A stretch of DNA of 64,000 nucleotides. Source: Eledone cirrhosa. Its lineage: Eukaryota. Of this stretch, positions 1 to 13,160 are shown in pieces. The notes beneath the pieces were generated by a model that did no database searches, was not told the origin of the DNA, and worked only from the letters and a program-made list of their open reading frames with translations. The stretch's first letter is position 1, and every line of letters begins with the position of its first letter. The stretch covers positions 364,622,001 to 364,686,000 of the forward strand of contig OZ024743.1 in NCBI GenBank assembly GCA_964016885.1, given 5' to 3'. The translations under genes were made by a program, and so were the position numbers.

Positions 1-200
1 TATTGGTAAATCCAACCTGTGACGGGCACAGACATTCAGTAGGCTTCTGCAGTTTTCGTCTACCAAATTCCACTCACAAGGCAGTGTTCAACTCAAGAGT
101 ATAGTAGAAGACATTTGCACAAAGTGCCATGTAGCTGGACTGAACTCAGAAGCAACTGGTTGCGAAGTGAACTCTTTAACCACTTAACCACGTTCACACC
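1..200 (-). mobile_element. SINE fragment (related copy ~35620-35755)
   Basis: Shared CAGTTT.CGTC.AC....TT..A.TCACA.GGC segment and a tRNA-like head on the minus strand. Confidence 0.5.
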
Positions 201-3200
201 TATATTTTTCTATTAGTTTTGCTTGGAGAATGGAACTAACCCCACAGCTTTTGTCCTTCATCCCCAAGACAAACGTAGACTGGTCTTCAAGGTAAGATTC
301 ACCCAATTGTTCTTCATAAATAATTACATACACACACATATATATGTATGTTTGTTTGTGTGTGTCCCTGCCTGTGTCAGTGTTTATGTCCCGTAACTTA
401 ATGGTTCAACAAAAAAGATATCAATAAAATAAGTACCACACTTGAAAATCGCTAGCAGCTCGTCTTACTGAGGTGATGCCCGTAAGGGTGCCTAGTTGTT
501 TCAGTGCCTTAGCATCGCCATCACCCGTGGTAATGATGCGAGCGTATTGCCTCACCTCAGTGTTTAGTTAACCTTTGTGATGTGATGTGCGGCCGACTGT
601 CGCACTTGGTGGTAAATTGATGATTGTTTTAGCTCCCCACTTTTTTCTCTTTTATGCGTTTATATTTATAAGTATCGGTAGAGGGTCGGACGCCATGCTT
701 TGCAGCATTGAATTACGGCCCTTTATGATCCGAGTTTAAATCCCGGGCACTACAACGCTATTCAGTCGTGAAAGCAGCCGATGAAAGTAGGCGAAGTTGA
801 CGTCATTCGCCATCGTTTATTTCCGTATTACTACCACGCGTAAGTGGAGTTTTCACGCGTTTTTTATTTTTTTTATTAAAGCATATCGATGTAAGTGGAG
901 TTACTTAAATGAAAATATAGGTGGCCCTTAAAAGTAGTTTATATATATGTTGTAAGGTGTTAGTGCCCAACGGCTGAGCGACAAACTCAAGGGCTGACCC
1001 GGGTGATAAACTAGCTACCTCATTGCCTCCCCTCAAAACTATTTTTCTTACCTAGAGAGGAGGATCTTTTATATATATTGTAAAGGAAATCGTGTTATAT
1101 TCATGCTTGCTTAAAAGCTACTGGCTCTCTGTACTGTGAGTTCCAATTTCGATTGATTGGTGGAACTGTGATAGTATCAGACGAGATGCTTTGCGGTGTT
1201 TATAAGGCTCTGTGCGTTTTGAGTTCAAATCCCGCTGTAGCTTAACACAGCTACCTGTCCATTGAGACTGGAGCAATGTCCACATTGTTGCAGGCATCTT
1301 TGGTTTGAGGATACTTTCTCAATTCCCTTCGTTTCACTATTCTACGAGACCTCGAAAAGAGCATGAGCCTACCTGTCCTCTCTGAATAAACAAACAAACA
1401 AAATACAAAACAAAAATAACAACCCTGGAATTGAAACAGTCTGGAATTTGTCTCTGATTATAGTGAAAGTTGACTTACCATTAAAAAATATCTTAGCTTA
1501 TTAGAATATATTCAGATAATTCAAACCTATTTCTGTAATAAATCCTTCGAATGACCGTATCTATGACACACAATGGAGGTGAAATTTGAACTTTCATTAT
1601 AAAGAAAAAAAAAGTAATAATAATAATTTAAAATTATCTGCAGTAATCTCCCTTGATTTTAAGGCCATAACTCTCAACCTCGTTTTCGTTCTTTCTTCCG
1701 GTAGCAAGCACAAGGTAAAGTTCGTTATTAATTTCTCTTCTGGTAAATCGTGTTTAATCTTATTAATAAATAGAAAAATTTTAGGTAAGAAACAATTTAA
1801 TAGCAAGATAAGTTAGTCGTAAGTAATATCTGCTGGGTTGTTTTTTCATATAGCTTTCTGTTTTAGTTATTTTTCGATCGACAACGTGATGTCTGAATCA
1901 CCTATAAAATGTTGATACGTAAAATTCCCGATTGAAAATATTTAAAAATGAAATTTATCTGACTTTGTATATATAATAACGCTTATTCTTGATTTGTGTG
2001 GCTAATTTTGCAAGTATTAACTGAAATTTCAGTGCATTTATCGAATTTACGAATACTTTTTCTCAATGTATCCGATTCTAAATTACATGATCTTTTGGGA
2101 TGAACTAAATCAACTTTAACACGTTATGTATTTCCTTTTACTATTTATTCAATGTTATTACTTTAAAACAGAAACATCGCTACTATTGAATTCCTGTATA
2201 TATGTTTGAACCTACTACACATTCTATACATCTTCCTTACATCGTTCTCAATATTGTTTATCGTCTATAGCTGTAAGTATGTTCGTGTATCATATCCATA
2301 TTTCAAAGCAACTCTTAAAATGCCAATCCCTTCTAAACAAGAGCCAGCAACATGAATATCCCTCGTATTCTGTGAAGGAGGAAAATATTTTCTCTTCGCT
2401 TTTATACGGGCGATCGACAAGTATCTTAAATATGATCATTTGGTATCCGGTAAGGCTACACTTATACCAAGGTAGAAATGATCCTCTTCTGAGTATTGAT
2501 GGGCATCAATACGAGAAGCGATAGTTGAGCAGGTGTTGGTCCACTCCTCGGGCATTAACGTTGGAAAAAAGTTACCAAATTCGAATAAAATAATTTAAAG
2601 TGAAATTTAACTGACTTTGTATATATAATAACGCTCCATGTTGAAAAAGGTTTTTCAATAAGATCCTAACGGACGGGATGACGGGAATATTTTTGACCAT
2701 ACATTTAAAATTAGGTCTGATCTGGGAGATTGCCAGCAACGCATCATTACGATCATAAAAAAAAAACAACTACTATAGTTACTCGCCCTGATAAATCGCG
2801 GGCAATTTCTCATAAACCATATCTTGTCTTAAAGGGCAGACTACATTGAATAAACAGTAGATATGGTTACAACTGGAACTCGTTCCGTTTTAGTTATTCT
2901 TATTAGCTACCTATATATAAAATGTATTAGTTTAAAGATAATAAATAAAAAGGACATAACGATAGCCGTTATACTGAATAGTTTAATTAAAACATTGAGG
3001 AATCCTTGAGAATAGATATCGAAAAATATCTCGTTTGATTCGTCGTGGACGTGATATTCATTTTTTAAATTTCAGTATTTATTGTCAATGCTACCTCAAA
3101 CATTTTTACTTTTGAAAGTATGTTCCCATGGCTAATAGCTAAAATTGCACATTCCTTATAACTACATTAGATTTTGCTCAGTCATTGCCGGAAGGGTCTC

Positions 3201-3345
3201 TCTCATGTCGTTTTCTAGGTCCTCCAAGACAAGTTTATCCTGAAAAGTCTGGCCAAAGCGCATGGATGGTGTTTCTTTTTTTAATGTAGTGGGCTTCCAT
3301 ACTTTATTATCAAAATTCGCTCGTTTTTTACCATGTTAATCCCGT

Positions 3346-3363
3346 CTCTTCCTCCATCATTCT
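3346..3363 (+). promoter_or_regulatory. RPS15A: Putative TCT/5'-TOP transcription start and short non-coding exon 1 of RPS15A
   Basis: Pyrimidine tract tCTCTTCCTCC at 3345-3355 fits the YC+1TYTYY TCT initiator typical of ribosomal protein genes. It is followed by a GTAAGA donor at 3364 and a TTTTGCAG acceptor ending at 3571, 8 nt before the ATG. An ETS-like CCGGAAG lies at 3188-3194. Confidence 0.55.
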
Positions 3364-3579
3364 GTAAGAGTTGTCCCCGTTGTTTAGTTAAACAAATGCG
3401 ATTTATATTTTGAAAAAAGAAAGAAAAAAACATTCACTGTATATCGATCGGCTAAGGATGACAGGATCTCAATACTTTGTAATATTTGCGACAGTTTTGT
3501 TGTCTAGGTTCCCTCTAGTAAGATTGTTAGTTCTCTTTTATAAGATGCTTAATGTTTACATTATTTTGCAGCTCCCAAA

Positions 3580-3712
3580 ATGGTGCGTATGAACGTATTA
3601 TCCGATTCGTTGAGTACTATTCAAGCAGCTGAGATGGGTGGTAAAAGACAGGTGATGATCAGACCAAATTCTAAAGTCACATGCAGGTTTCTCTCTGTCA
3701 TGATGAAGCATG
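3580..3712 (+). CDS. RPS15A: 40S ribosomal protein S15a (uS8), coding exon 1
   Basis: Translates [45 protein letters not shown], the recognisable uS8 N-terminus. 133 nt, followed by a GT donor at 3713. Confidence 0.96.
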
Positions 3713-5059
3713 GTAGGTACATTTTTGCTTTTTTACACATCATCCTACCACTGTCCTTCACACTCCACCATCATATCAATGTTTTCTCTTTCACATTCAT
3801 CAATACTTGTGTGTTTCAACACACTTCTAGAACTGATTTTGTAAAATAAAGGAAAGACAACTTGGCATTCTGATAAACGCACAGGCAATTGCACAGAGGT
3901 AAAATAAGGTAGGACTATTTGGTGACTGAAGACAAAATGCACTCAATGTACTGTAGTTTGGTGTTAGAGAGGGCCTCCAGCTATATCATACCAAAAATAG
4001 TGAGATGCAGTCTCAAGCCATCTAGGTAGGCAATAACTCAACTGACCATGGGAAGTTGACATAAAATAATATTTTGCTTGGTTTTATCTCTGATTGACAC
4101 CAGAAGTCTTTTTTTTTATTCTTGTATACATAATACCAGACTAGATTAAGGAAAATTTATATCCAGCACCTAGAAATGAAGTAAATAGTTTGAATATCTA
4201 TAATCTTATTGACAAATCAGTCATCTTAGATATTCAATCAGTGGTGAGTTAAACTGCTGGTTTAACTGGAAACTATACATATTGGATAAATGATGACTTG
4301 GAAAAATGCTTGACCTGCTTGAAATGACAGCCAAATGTTACTGCTAATTGTGTAGGACATGTAATAGTGTAAATAATTTGCTGTATAGAGAAATATTTCT
4401 AAATATTATAGATTACATCCATGAGGGATGAATTAAGATTCCTTTTGTTATCAGTTCACATAATCCTTTCATATTCTGGCAAGACACTAATTTGAAAATA
4501 AAGAATTTAGAGAGACTTGGTAATATAATTTTTGCATAATCAAACTTGTAGAAATAGTTTTGTACCTTCAGGCATTCTCTATCAAGGAATTTCATTAATC
4601 TAGATCCAGGTGCAAAAGCTAAACTTATTCAAAATAGGTGCCCCATTAATTTCACATGAAAAACAAAAGTAGTGCAGTTTGCAGATGATATAAAATCTAT
4701 ACATAATATGAAGGGAAGTCCCATAATACCTAAACTATTTCCATTATTAGATGTATTATGTTGTAACTTTGTTATATATCACTTTGTGCAGTTTCATATT
4801 GCACTTCTTGGGTCTGTCTTAAGTACGTAGATGTATTCCAAATTGGTTCATTGTGGGTAGAAATCGATTTCTTTTGAATTTTTTTTCAAAAGAAATCGAT
4901 TCTTAGGCTTTGGCCATGCTGGAGCACTGCCAATGAAAAAATATATTTTTGTTTAAGTGCTGATCACAAGATATCTTGCAAAATATTTGGTTTTAAATGG
5001 CAATATATAATTATGATTTCACCCAAATAAATGTTCTTTTTTTATACTTGTCATTTTAG

Positions 5060-5139
5060 GATACATTGGAGAATTTGAAATAGTTGATGATCACCGAAAT
5101 GGCAAGATAGTTGTCAACCTTAATGGCAGGCTAAATGAG
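5060..5139 (+). CDS. RPS15A: 40S ribosomal protein S15a, coding exon 2
   Basis: AG acceptor at 5058-5059; encodes (G)[26 protein letters not shown]; GT donor at 5140; phase matches exon 1. Confidence 0.96.
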
Positions 5140-5188
5140 GTAATATTTTTTTTTTCAATAAAGTGACTTATTTGGCTCATTAATAATT

Positions 5189-5284
5189 TCATCCTTGTGT
5201 ACGACTGACCTCTACAAAATGGGTCATTTAAGAAGGGCTGGATGATATATGAAGTATTCTGAAATTGTGATTTTTGTTTTTTAA
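5189..5284 (+). pseudogene. Truncated H/ACA snoRNA copy 1 (5' hairpin and box H present; 3' hairpin broken at a TTAA)
   Basis: TCATCC...GGATGA stem, same TGTGTA/AAGGGC pocket as the other copies, box H ATATGA. Similarity ends at ttttTTAA. Confidence 0.65.
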
Positions 5285-5900
5285 CTTGTCCGGCGAAAAT
5301 TGCATTGTGCCATGTCAAAGCACAGAAAAAGACTACATGGTGCACATGAATAGAGTGAATCATGCAGAGCAGTTGAGAGCCAGCTACTGCATTGGAAGGA
5401 AGTAAAATAGGACTCTATTGTATCACATTGTTCCTTCGTTTTGCTGAGGTAATGGTTTTTTGGCAGTCTTTCCCATTTTTTTTGTTTGTTTCAATTGCCA
5501 GCATATTGAACAAATGCCTATTAAATATTTTGAAAGAAAAAAAAATCTCGTTCTTTCTTTTAACAATCCAAAATATTTATTGGTCTAAGATTTCCTCTGA
5601 ATGTATCAACATTGACATGTCAGATTCTGATATTAAGCAATATCTGATAAATTCTGTTCTTTTTCAATAAAAGAATCTTATTTCTTTTGTACTTCAACTC
5701 TTCAACTCAATCAGTTTCAGTAAAGCCTTCGAGAAAAAATTTCATTTTCATTTCTTGATGCCATATTTGTTGATATGAATTATTATTGAAACATGTCGCT
5801 CTCTCAAAAGGCAGCAATTAATTGCAAAGTACCCTTATATTCAAACATTATTTATAAAACAACCTAATTGGTTTAAACTCCCTCAGACCACAGCAGTAGT
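5285..5900 (-). mobile_element. Degenerate piggyBac-like fragment (boundaries approximate)
   Basis: 5484-5600 matches 11940-12050, which lies in a piggyBac transposase remnant. It begins right after a TTAA that cuts snoRNA copy 1. Confidence 0.45.
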
Positions 5901-6215
5901 GGTTCGATTATAAATGTGAAATGTAAACAAATGACTAATGATAATGATGTGCTTTGACTTTCATTGACATTTTTTTTGTCACTGCAAGTGTTGTAGTTAA
6001 AGGCAAGGGATTAAAAAAAAATAATACAATTTTACCTAGAGAAGGTAGCTTTGTGCAACATGGTATTTGGAAGGGTTTCTAGCCATAGAAACAATATACA
6101 CTTAATTCACTTTACTAAAATTTTTATTCAGAGAACTTGATAATCAGAAATGGTAAAATATTTGTCAACCTTACTTGGAATCTAAAATGGGAATATTTTG
6201 CTTATTATATATTAT

Positions 6216-6347
6216 GTGCATCCTTGTGTACGGCTGGCCTCTACAAAATGGGTCATTCAGGAAGGGCCGGATGCTATATAAATTAAATATTCTAAAATTA
6301 TTGTGATGGTTTGTTTTTAAATCAATCACTTAGATGTTTATACATTT
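6216..6347 (+). ncRNA. Intronic box H/ACA snoRNA copy 2 (predicted guide for the 18S site equivalent to human Psi1692)
   Basis: Hairpin GCATCC/GGATGC with inner TGGCC/GGTCA stem; box H ATATAA 14 nt after the pocket; second hairpin; ACA+3 nt at 6342-6347; 132 nt. Confidence 0.8.
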
Positions 6348-7113
6348 TTGTTGTTGAATATAGTCAATTCTATATTGTGGAAACAACTTGGTCATCAGTA
6401 AATCTCCCTAGTTTGTGATGCACTAAAGTTACAAATGCTATATAAGCTGTAATGATTTATCAGAAAATATGTAAAAAAACAAGGTTTAATTCAAATATAG
6501 TATATTTACTAATGGTCAGATTGTGAACATTTGCAATATTAGAGTAAAGCGTTTGTTATTCTTTCTGATTTCTTTTTATAATTATCCCTTGTTACCATAT
6601 TTTTAATGAAAGGCACTGATTTTCAAATAATTTGAAAATCAATCATTTGGAGGGATTTATTAATATATGTTTAGTAATCAATCATTTGGAGGGATTTAGT
6701 AATATATGTTTCATTAGGCTTGAGCTTGTAGCACAAATTAACTGTTAACATCCTAAATATCTAAAAAATGAGCTACTTAATTCAAATATTTATTGTATCT
6801 TTACTTGTGGAGAGGTTGTGAAAATTAGTGGTAAGCTAAAGACTTTAATGTGAGGCAGTTATAGTACTGTATTGTATTTTTCAAGAATGTCTTGCGAAAG
6901 GAGTTTGATACAGTAAATGAATTTACATATTGATTCAAATAAACTATTATTTAAAATTGAGAACCTATTTTTTTATGTAGCTTTGTTTGTAAACTATTGC
7001 CTATTGCCAAAATTTATATTTATATACTTTGTTGTTATTTTAAAAAGAATATAATTTTGCATAGAGATGGAAAGGCATAGAAACCATATCATGTATGTGA
7101 TTAACTTTATTAA

Positions 7114-7319
7114 CCCATTAGCATTTACATTACTCTATATTTACTATTGTATTTTCACGGTAAACAATTTATCTCAGATAATATTGAATCTGAGATTTTG
7201 ATATTATTTATTTTGAGAACAATATCTTAACATAACTATGAGTGGTTGGTTATGGCTAGTTTGAACAGAAAGAGGTGAGAGAATTCTTGCCAGATATGGC
7301 CAGTTTAAATGCTAAAGGG
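7114..7319. mobile_element. piggyBac-family MITE
   Basis: TTAA-CCCATTAGCATTT...AAATGCTAAAGGG-TTAA. The paralogous unit near 13957 shows the empty TTAA site. Confidence 0.9.
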
Positions 7320-7441
7320 TTAAAATTAAATTTTATCTTTTGAACTATATCGGAGAACTTAATCAGAAATGGTAAAATATTTGCCAACCTTACTGGGAAT
7401 TTAAAATGGGAATATTTTGCTTATCGTATACTATATGTTAA

Positions 7442-7574
7442 GTGCATCCTTGTGTACGGCTGACCTCTATAAAATGGGTCATTCAGGAAGGGCCGGATGC
7501 TATATAAATTAAATATTCTAAAATTGTTGTGGTGGTTTTGTTTTTAAATCAACCACTTAGATATTCAAACATGA
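7442..7574 (+). ncRNA. Intronic box H/ACA snoRNA copy 3
   Basis: Same architecture. Compensatory change in the 3' hairpin (GTGAT/ATCAC to GTGGT/ACCAC). Ends ~66 nt upstream of the 3' splice site. Confidence 0.82.
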
Positions 7575-7640
7575 TATTTCTGTTAATTATAATCAACAGT
7601 TTTATATTCAGTGTTTAATTGAATTTTGTCTCTCTTACAG

Positions 7641-7726
7641 TGTGGAGTCATTAGCCCTCGTTTTGACGTATGCCTTCGTGATTTGGAGAAATGGACCAAC
7701 GTCTTACTACCATCTCGACAGTTTGG
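7641..7726 (+). CDS. RPS15A: 40S ribosomal protein S15a, coding exon 3
   Basis: TTACAG acceptor; encodes [28 protein letters not shown](G); GTAAGC donor at 7727. Confidence 0.96.
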
Positions 7727-7848
7727 GTAAGCAAACACTTCCAACATTCTGGTTAATTTAACCCTTTAGCATTTAAAACGGCCGTATCCGGCCAGAACTA
7801 TCTCTGTTCAAACTGGCTGTAACTGGCTGCTCATACCTACATTATTAA

Positions 7849-10377
7849 CCCATTAGTGTTCAAACCGGCCGAAATTATTTCCCTTTCATTTGTTCAAACT
7901 GCTCGAAACCGGCTGATAACACCCACACTAAAATATCGTTCTAAAAATAAACAATACTGTCATCAAAATCTCAATTCGAGATTACTACGAGATTAGGCCC
8001 TTACCGAGAAAATTAACACTTAATATAGTGAAACAACTTAAAACAACACGTTTTTTTAATGTTGAAAGTAGAACAGATTTTTTTTGTGTATCAAACATGG
8101 CCTGTGAAAGTAACGATACCGATTTTGAAGGTTTTACACACGACGACATTCAGAATGAACAAGAAACAAAAGATATTAGTGATTTATCTTCAAATGAATC
8201 TGATTATATTTCTCAAATTTCATTGTTGTTTTGAAAGTGAAAATGAAGATCTCCAGGATGCCATTGAAAATATTACAGCAACGTGGTTGAAAAATACCAT
8301 ACCAATATATGTTCCTGATTTTATTCAAAATACTGGTCCACAACACACATTAGCTCCCGATGCTAAAGTACTGGATTATTTCCTTTTGTTTTTACCACAA
8401 ATTTCCTTCGAAGTTGAGGCAGAGGAGAGTAATCGATATGCCCAACAACAGATTTCAAATCGAGGAAAACCTGGTCTGTTTGGCAACCAACCGATGCTGC
8501 GGAAATGCAAGCATTTTTTACCATAAATATTATGTTCGGTATAAAACAATTTCGAAGACTGTGGAATTACTGGAGCTCTGATATAAAGTTTAGTGATCCT
8601 TATATATCAAGTTTTATGCTGAAAACAACGTATTTAAAATTAAACCATATTGATACTTCAAATGCCCCTATTAATTAATTTCACCTGCCCATAAAAGTCA
8701 AATTTAACCTGAAAAAATCAGGTAAAATTATATAATTGTAAATTTTTGATATTTAACCCTTTAGCATTCAAAGCGACAAAAACCGACAAGATTATGTCCC
8801 CTTTCATTTATTCAAACCGACAAAAACCGACATTTAATACCACACGGAGATTTCCTTCTAAAAATAAACATTGACATCATCGAAATCTCGTCAATTCGAG
8901 ATTACTGCGAGATAAAGCCCTTACGCGCGAAAATTAACTCTTAGTATAGTTAAAGAACTTGCGATAACACGTGTTTTTAACGTTGAAAGTGTAACATGGC
9001 TTCCGAAAGTAGCGACAACGAATTTGAAGGTTTTACGTCCGACGACATTCGAGATCAAAAAGAAACAGAAGATAATATCAGTGATTTATCTTCAAACGAA
9101 TCAGATATATTTATTTCTGATATATCTGATAATGATGATAGTTACTTTGAAAGTGAAAGAGAAGATTTGACTGACACCATTGAAAAAATAGCAATGTGGT
9201 TGAAAGAAACAACATCGATACATGTTTCGGATTTTACTGAAAATATTGGACCACAACACACATTACCACCCGATGCTAAAGCACTGGATTATTATTTTTT
9301 ATTTTTACCACAATCTTTCTTCGAAGTTGTGGCAAATCGCTATGCACAACAACAAATTTCTAATATCGGAAAACCCGATCTGTTATGTTGTCCGACAGAT
9401 TCTGCCGAAATGAAAGCGTTTTTTACCATAAATATTATGTTTGGTATTAAACAATTTCCACGACTGTGGAATTATTGGAGTACTGATATAAGGTTTGGTG
9501 ACCCTTATATATCTAGTATTATGGCAAAAACGAGATTCATTAAATTAAACCAGTATTTGCATCTGGTTGATACTTCAAATGCCCCTGGTAGAAATGAATC
9601 AAATTACGACCCACTGTACAAAGTACGACCATTAATTGAAATATTGTCAGAAAAATTTAAAAGTGTGTATAAACTTATATATTGGGAACTTTCTATTACG
9701 TAATTTTACACCGTACATTTACAGAGTACATTGCCAATATTATTTTGACTGGTGAAAAGGTTTTATACATTTTTTTCAATGAAAATATTTGCCTGGAATG
9801 TAGAGAAAGACTAAAACCGTGTACTGATTACACCTGCATTTTTAATTAATTCACCTGTTCAGAAAACTGCTAGAATTGATGGAAATCAGCATCTAGGTCA
9901 TTATTGGATTTTTTTGCAACAAATCTAACAGATAAGGCAGATAAAGTTTAAATTTTTGTGTTTATCCATAAAGTTATTACTTTTACACCTGTTAATTAAT
10001 TTCACCTGCCCATAAAAGTCAAATTTAACAAAAAAAATCAGGTAAAAATATATAATTGTAAATTATAGTTATTTAAACATCTACTGACAAAATTTCAAGT
10101 CTGCACATAGAAAATTAAAGTAATTACAAACAAATAAAATTGATAACCCTCTTGAGTATAATTAAGTGAAAATAATGCGAATAGATGAACATGACATTTG
10201 ACAATTCAATGTGAATGCTAAAGGGTTAAACATCTACTGACAAAATTTCAAGCCTGCACATAGAAAATTAAGAAAATTACAAACAAATAAAATTGATAAC
10301 CCTCTTGAGTATGATTAACTCAAAATAATGTGAACAGATAAGCATGACATTTGAAAATTAATGCAAATGCTAAAGGG
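7849..10377 (+). mobile_element. Older internally deleted piggyBac element (transposase N-terminal remnant)
   Basis: TTAA-CCCATTAG...GCTAAAGGG-TTAA. Frameshifted ORFs 8028-8581 are homologous to the 8996-9703 ORF. Confidence 0.85.
8757..10225 (+). mobile_element. Young non-autonomous piggyBac element, truncated transposase ORF 8996-9703
   Basis: 14-bp TIR CCCTTTAGCATTCA/TGAATGCTAAAGGG with TTAA TSD. The ORF has an acidic N-terminus and piggyBac motifs (EMKAFF..GI, YWST, M.KTRF, DPLYKVRPLI) but stops before the DDD core. Confidence 0.92.
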
Positions 10378-10899
10378 TTAAAGTATTGTTATCAAAATCT
10401 CGTATATTCGATATTGTGAAATAATTATGTAAGATAAAACCTTTACTGTGAAAATACAATAGTAAATATAGAATAATGTAAATGTTAAAGGGTTAAACAC
10501 AAATCTATTTGTAATATAAAGTTTTCTAATTTCTTCAATATAAAAAAGATTGATGTCTTTTGTTTTTTTTGTTGAAATGTTTTAGTAGTCATATATGATT
10601 ATTTCTATTAGTATTTGACACTACCTCCCTGCGTGAAATAGTGAGAATCAAGTTTTTTAACATGACCATACCAAAATTGCTCTAAGTTTATAAATTAAGA
10701 TAAAAGCATGGCATTTTCAATGAAGATTCCAAACTGAATTTTTTAAAGGATATTGCAAAAAATATCATATTTACAGATTATTAAATAAAATAAACAATTT
10801 ACTATAAAATGTAAGCAAAATCAGGAAAAAAGATTTTCTGTATCAACATACATTTGAGGGCTTGAAACAGTTAATACAGAGATCTGTATGGCTCCCAGT

Positions 10900-12100
10900 C
10901 TGTTTTTGTTGGTTCCCTTTCAATATTTTGTTTGGAACACCTTGAACCTAAGGAATTTTTTCCAAAGGCATTTTCCTTTTATAAGAATAGTTACAAATAA
11001 GTTGATGGACCAGGTTCATTTTGAAACTCAAATGGGTACACTTTCCCCCCCCCCCCTTGCCTTTTCTAAACAGGTTATGGTTTGGGGATTCTCTTAATAA
11101 AACAAATACTTCCACCATTTATTTGACTTCCTTCTAATGCAGCAGCTGGCTCTCACCTGGTCTGCATGGTCCACTCCTTTTATGTATTCTGTGGAGCTTT
11201 TCACTGGACACTTGTAAAATCATTGGGACTGGAATTTGTGGCCAGCAGTGCCACAGTCCTTATATGTGAGGCTGTTGCCTTCAGGTTTCCTTTCTATTGT
11301 ATCACTTTGTTCCTTCATTTTGCCAAAGTAACAACTTTTGGCATGTCTTTTCTATTTTTTCTTATTGTACCACGAGCATAGGTCCCATTTTTAAAAATGT
11401 TTCTGAAAGAGTGATAGCAAAAATTATCACAATACACGATTTTTCCCCCCTCTTGTCCTTTGTGAGGTCCTTCACAACTCTTTATCAAAGTCCTTGTTCC
11501 ATTTGATTTGGGACTTTCCCTGTATAAACTTAGAAGTCATTTATATAGCCGTTGTGTGGATCATCCCACAGTTATGCAACACTTTGTGGTGTTCAGTGGA
11601 AGATATTGTTTGAAGACAAGCAACAATGCCTACATCAATTGAACTGTACTGTAACTTAAAGTTCCAACGCATCATTTCAATAAATGGCTGAACATTGGCA
11701 AGTTTGTCATGGTCGGGGTGGCCATGTGCTGGATTCTGGGTAACATCTAAAATATGGAAATACTGGTTCAGTTTGTCCAGTCTGTTTCTTGTAATCAATT
11801 CCCTGATCCCTGTCAATTGGAATAAATTCTTTTAAAAAATGCATTTCCTGATTAGGGACTGAAACAACTTCCATCTGAAATGCATTTCTGTAGCAGTTGT
11901 TTTGCTATATCTGATCAGAGCCTTTTGTTTCAGTGTATTTGTTTGTTTCGATTGCCAGCATATTGAACAAATCTTTATTAAATATTTTAAAGAAAAAAAT
12001 CTAGTTCTTAGCAATCCAAAATATTTACTGGTCCAGGATTTCCTCTAAAGAAAATTGTTTGCTCCATTCCAATGTAGGTTCACTGTCATCTTCATTTTCA
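10900..12100 (-). mobile_element. Degenerate piggyBac transposase remnant of a second family (boundaries approximate)
   Basis: Minus ORF 11541-11816 GIRELITRNRLDKLNQYFHILD...DKLANVQPFIEMM resembles the piggyBac MSRNRF..I...LHF..DKL.KVRP motif. Confidence 0.65.
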
Positions 12101-12103
12101 CAT

Positions 12104-12431
12104 TCTATATAATACTAAAAGTCTGTTTGCTTGCTTGTCTAATGTAATACAGCCAAAAGAGCTCATAATGGGAAAATACTTTGAAAGGAAGTTGACCCTG
12201 AAATGGGAATACAAATGGAATAAAACAAGTTTCGTGTAAATCGAAGCACGGGTTCCCGATATATGGGTTTTTTCTGGGTACCTTCATAAACAGAAAGAGA
12301 TGGTGGTTGTGAGAGAGTAGATTGAAAGAGAGACAGAAGGAAAATGGAAGAGATTTGGTGGTGTTTTGTGTGTATGTATATATATATATATGAGTGTGTA
12401 TATGTGTCTATGACCAGTGTACATAGACCAG

Positions 12432-12504
<73 letters not shown>

Positions 12505-12824
12505 TGTCTATTTTAATTATATAAAAATTATTTTTAAGTGAACGTGACCCAATGGGTCACAGGGGGTCTAGTTTACTACTAAAACTCTGTGATTGTGTGC
12601 TTGTCTGTAATTTAATACAGCCAAAATGGCGCATAATGAGAAAATACTTTGAAAGGAAGTTGCCCCTGAAATGGTAATACAAATGGAATAAAACAAGTTT
12701 CGCATAAATTAGAGCATGGGTTTTTCTGGGTACCTTCATAAATAGGGAGAGAAAGAGACTGGTTGAAAGAGAGAGAGCTGTAAAAAAAATATTTTTAAGT
12801 GAACATGACCTAACGGGTCACTAG
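12104..12824 (+). mobile_element. Two tandem non-autonomous Helitron-like elements (12104-12571, 12572-12824)
   Basis: 5' TC start; 3' hairpin GTGACCCA-A-TGGGTCAC followed by CTAG-T; internal (CA)/(TA) microsatellites. A related copy lies at 41771-42392. Confidence 0.7.
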
Positions 12825-13028
12825 TAGTCCAGATTTCTATAAAAGAAGCATATTTCTTTTCTGCTTCAAATAAATCTTGTAAAATGGTATTTGGAAGGGT
12901 TTCTAGCCATTACACTTAATTCACTTTATTAAAATTTTATTCAGAGAACTTGATAATCAGAAATGGTAAAATATTTGTCAACCTTACTTGGAATCTAAAA
13001 TGGGAATATTTTGCTTATTATATATTAA

Positions 13029-13160
13029 GTGCATCCTTGTGTACGGCTAGCCTCTACAAAATGGGTCATTCAGGAAGGGCCGGATGCTATATAAATTAAA
13101 TATTCTAAAATTATTGTGATGGTTTGTTTTTAAATCAATCACTTAGATGTTTATACATTT
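13029..13160 (+). ncRNA. Intronic box H/ACA snoRNA copy 4
   Basis: Near-identical to copy 2; H and ACA boxes intact. Confidence 0.75.

Larger units (their letters stand above)
7762..10492 (+). mobile_element. Outer piggyBac MITE split by two nested piggyBac elements
   Basis: 7762-7848 joined to 10382-10492 reconstitutes the reverse complement of the MITE at 7114-7319; TTAA flanks. Confidence 0.8.

Noticed and set aside
1929-2635. ~55-bp direct repeats (1929-1985, 2582-2635) as LTRs around a coding remnant
   Set aside because: Too short, no TG...CA ends or TSD, and the internal translation is unrecognisable.
3713-3849. Extension of the 89-aa ORF 3580-3849
   Set aside because: Read-through into the intron; uS8 similarity stops at the GT donor at 3713.
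3930-4065. Additional snoRNA in the first coding intron (hairpin and ACA near 4060; UGAUGA at 4291)
   Set aside because: No convincing box pairings or rRNA guide complementarity found by eye.
12163-12541. ORFs rich in CV/YI/HT (also 41773-42289, 42912-43172, 51124-51634)
   Set aside because: Translations of (CA)n, (TA)n and homopolymer tracts.
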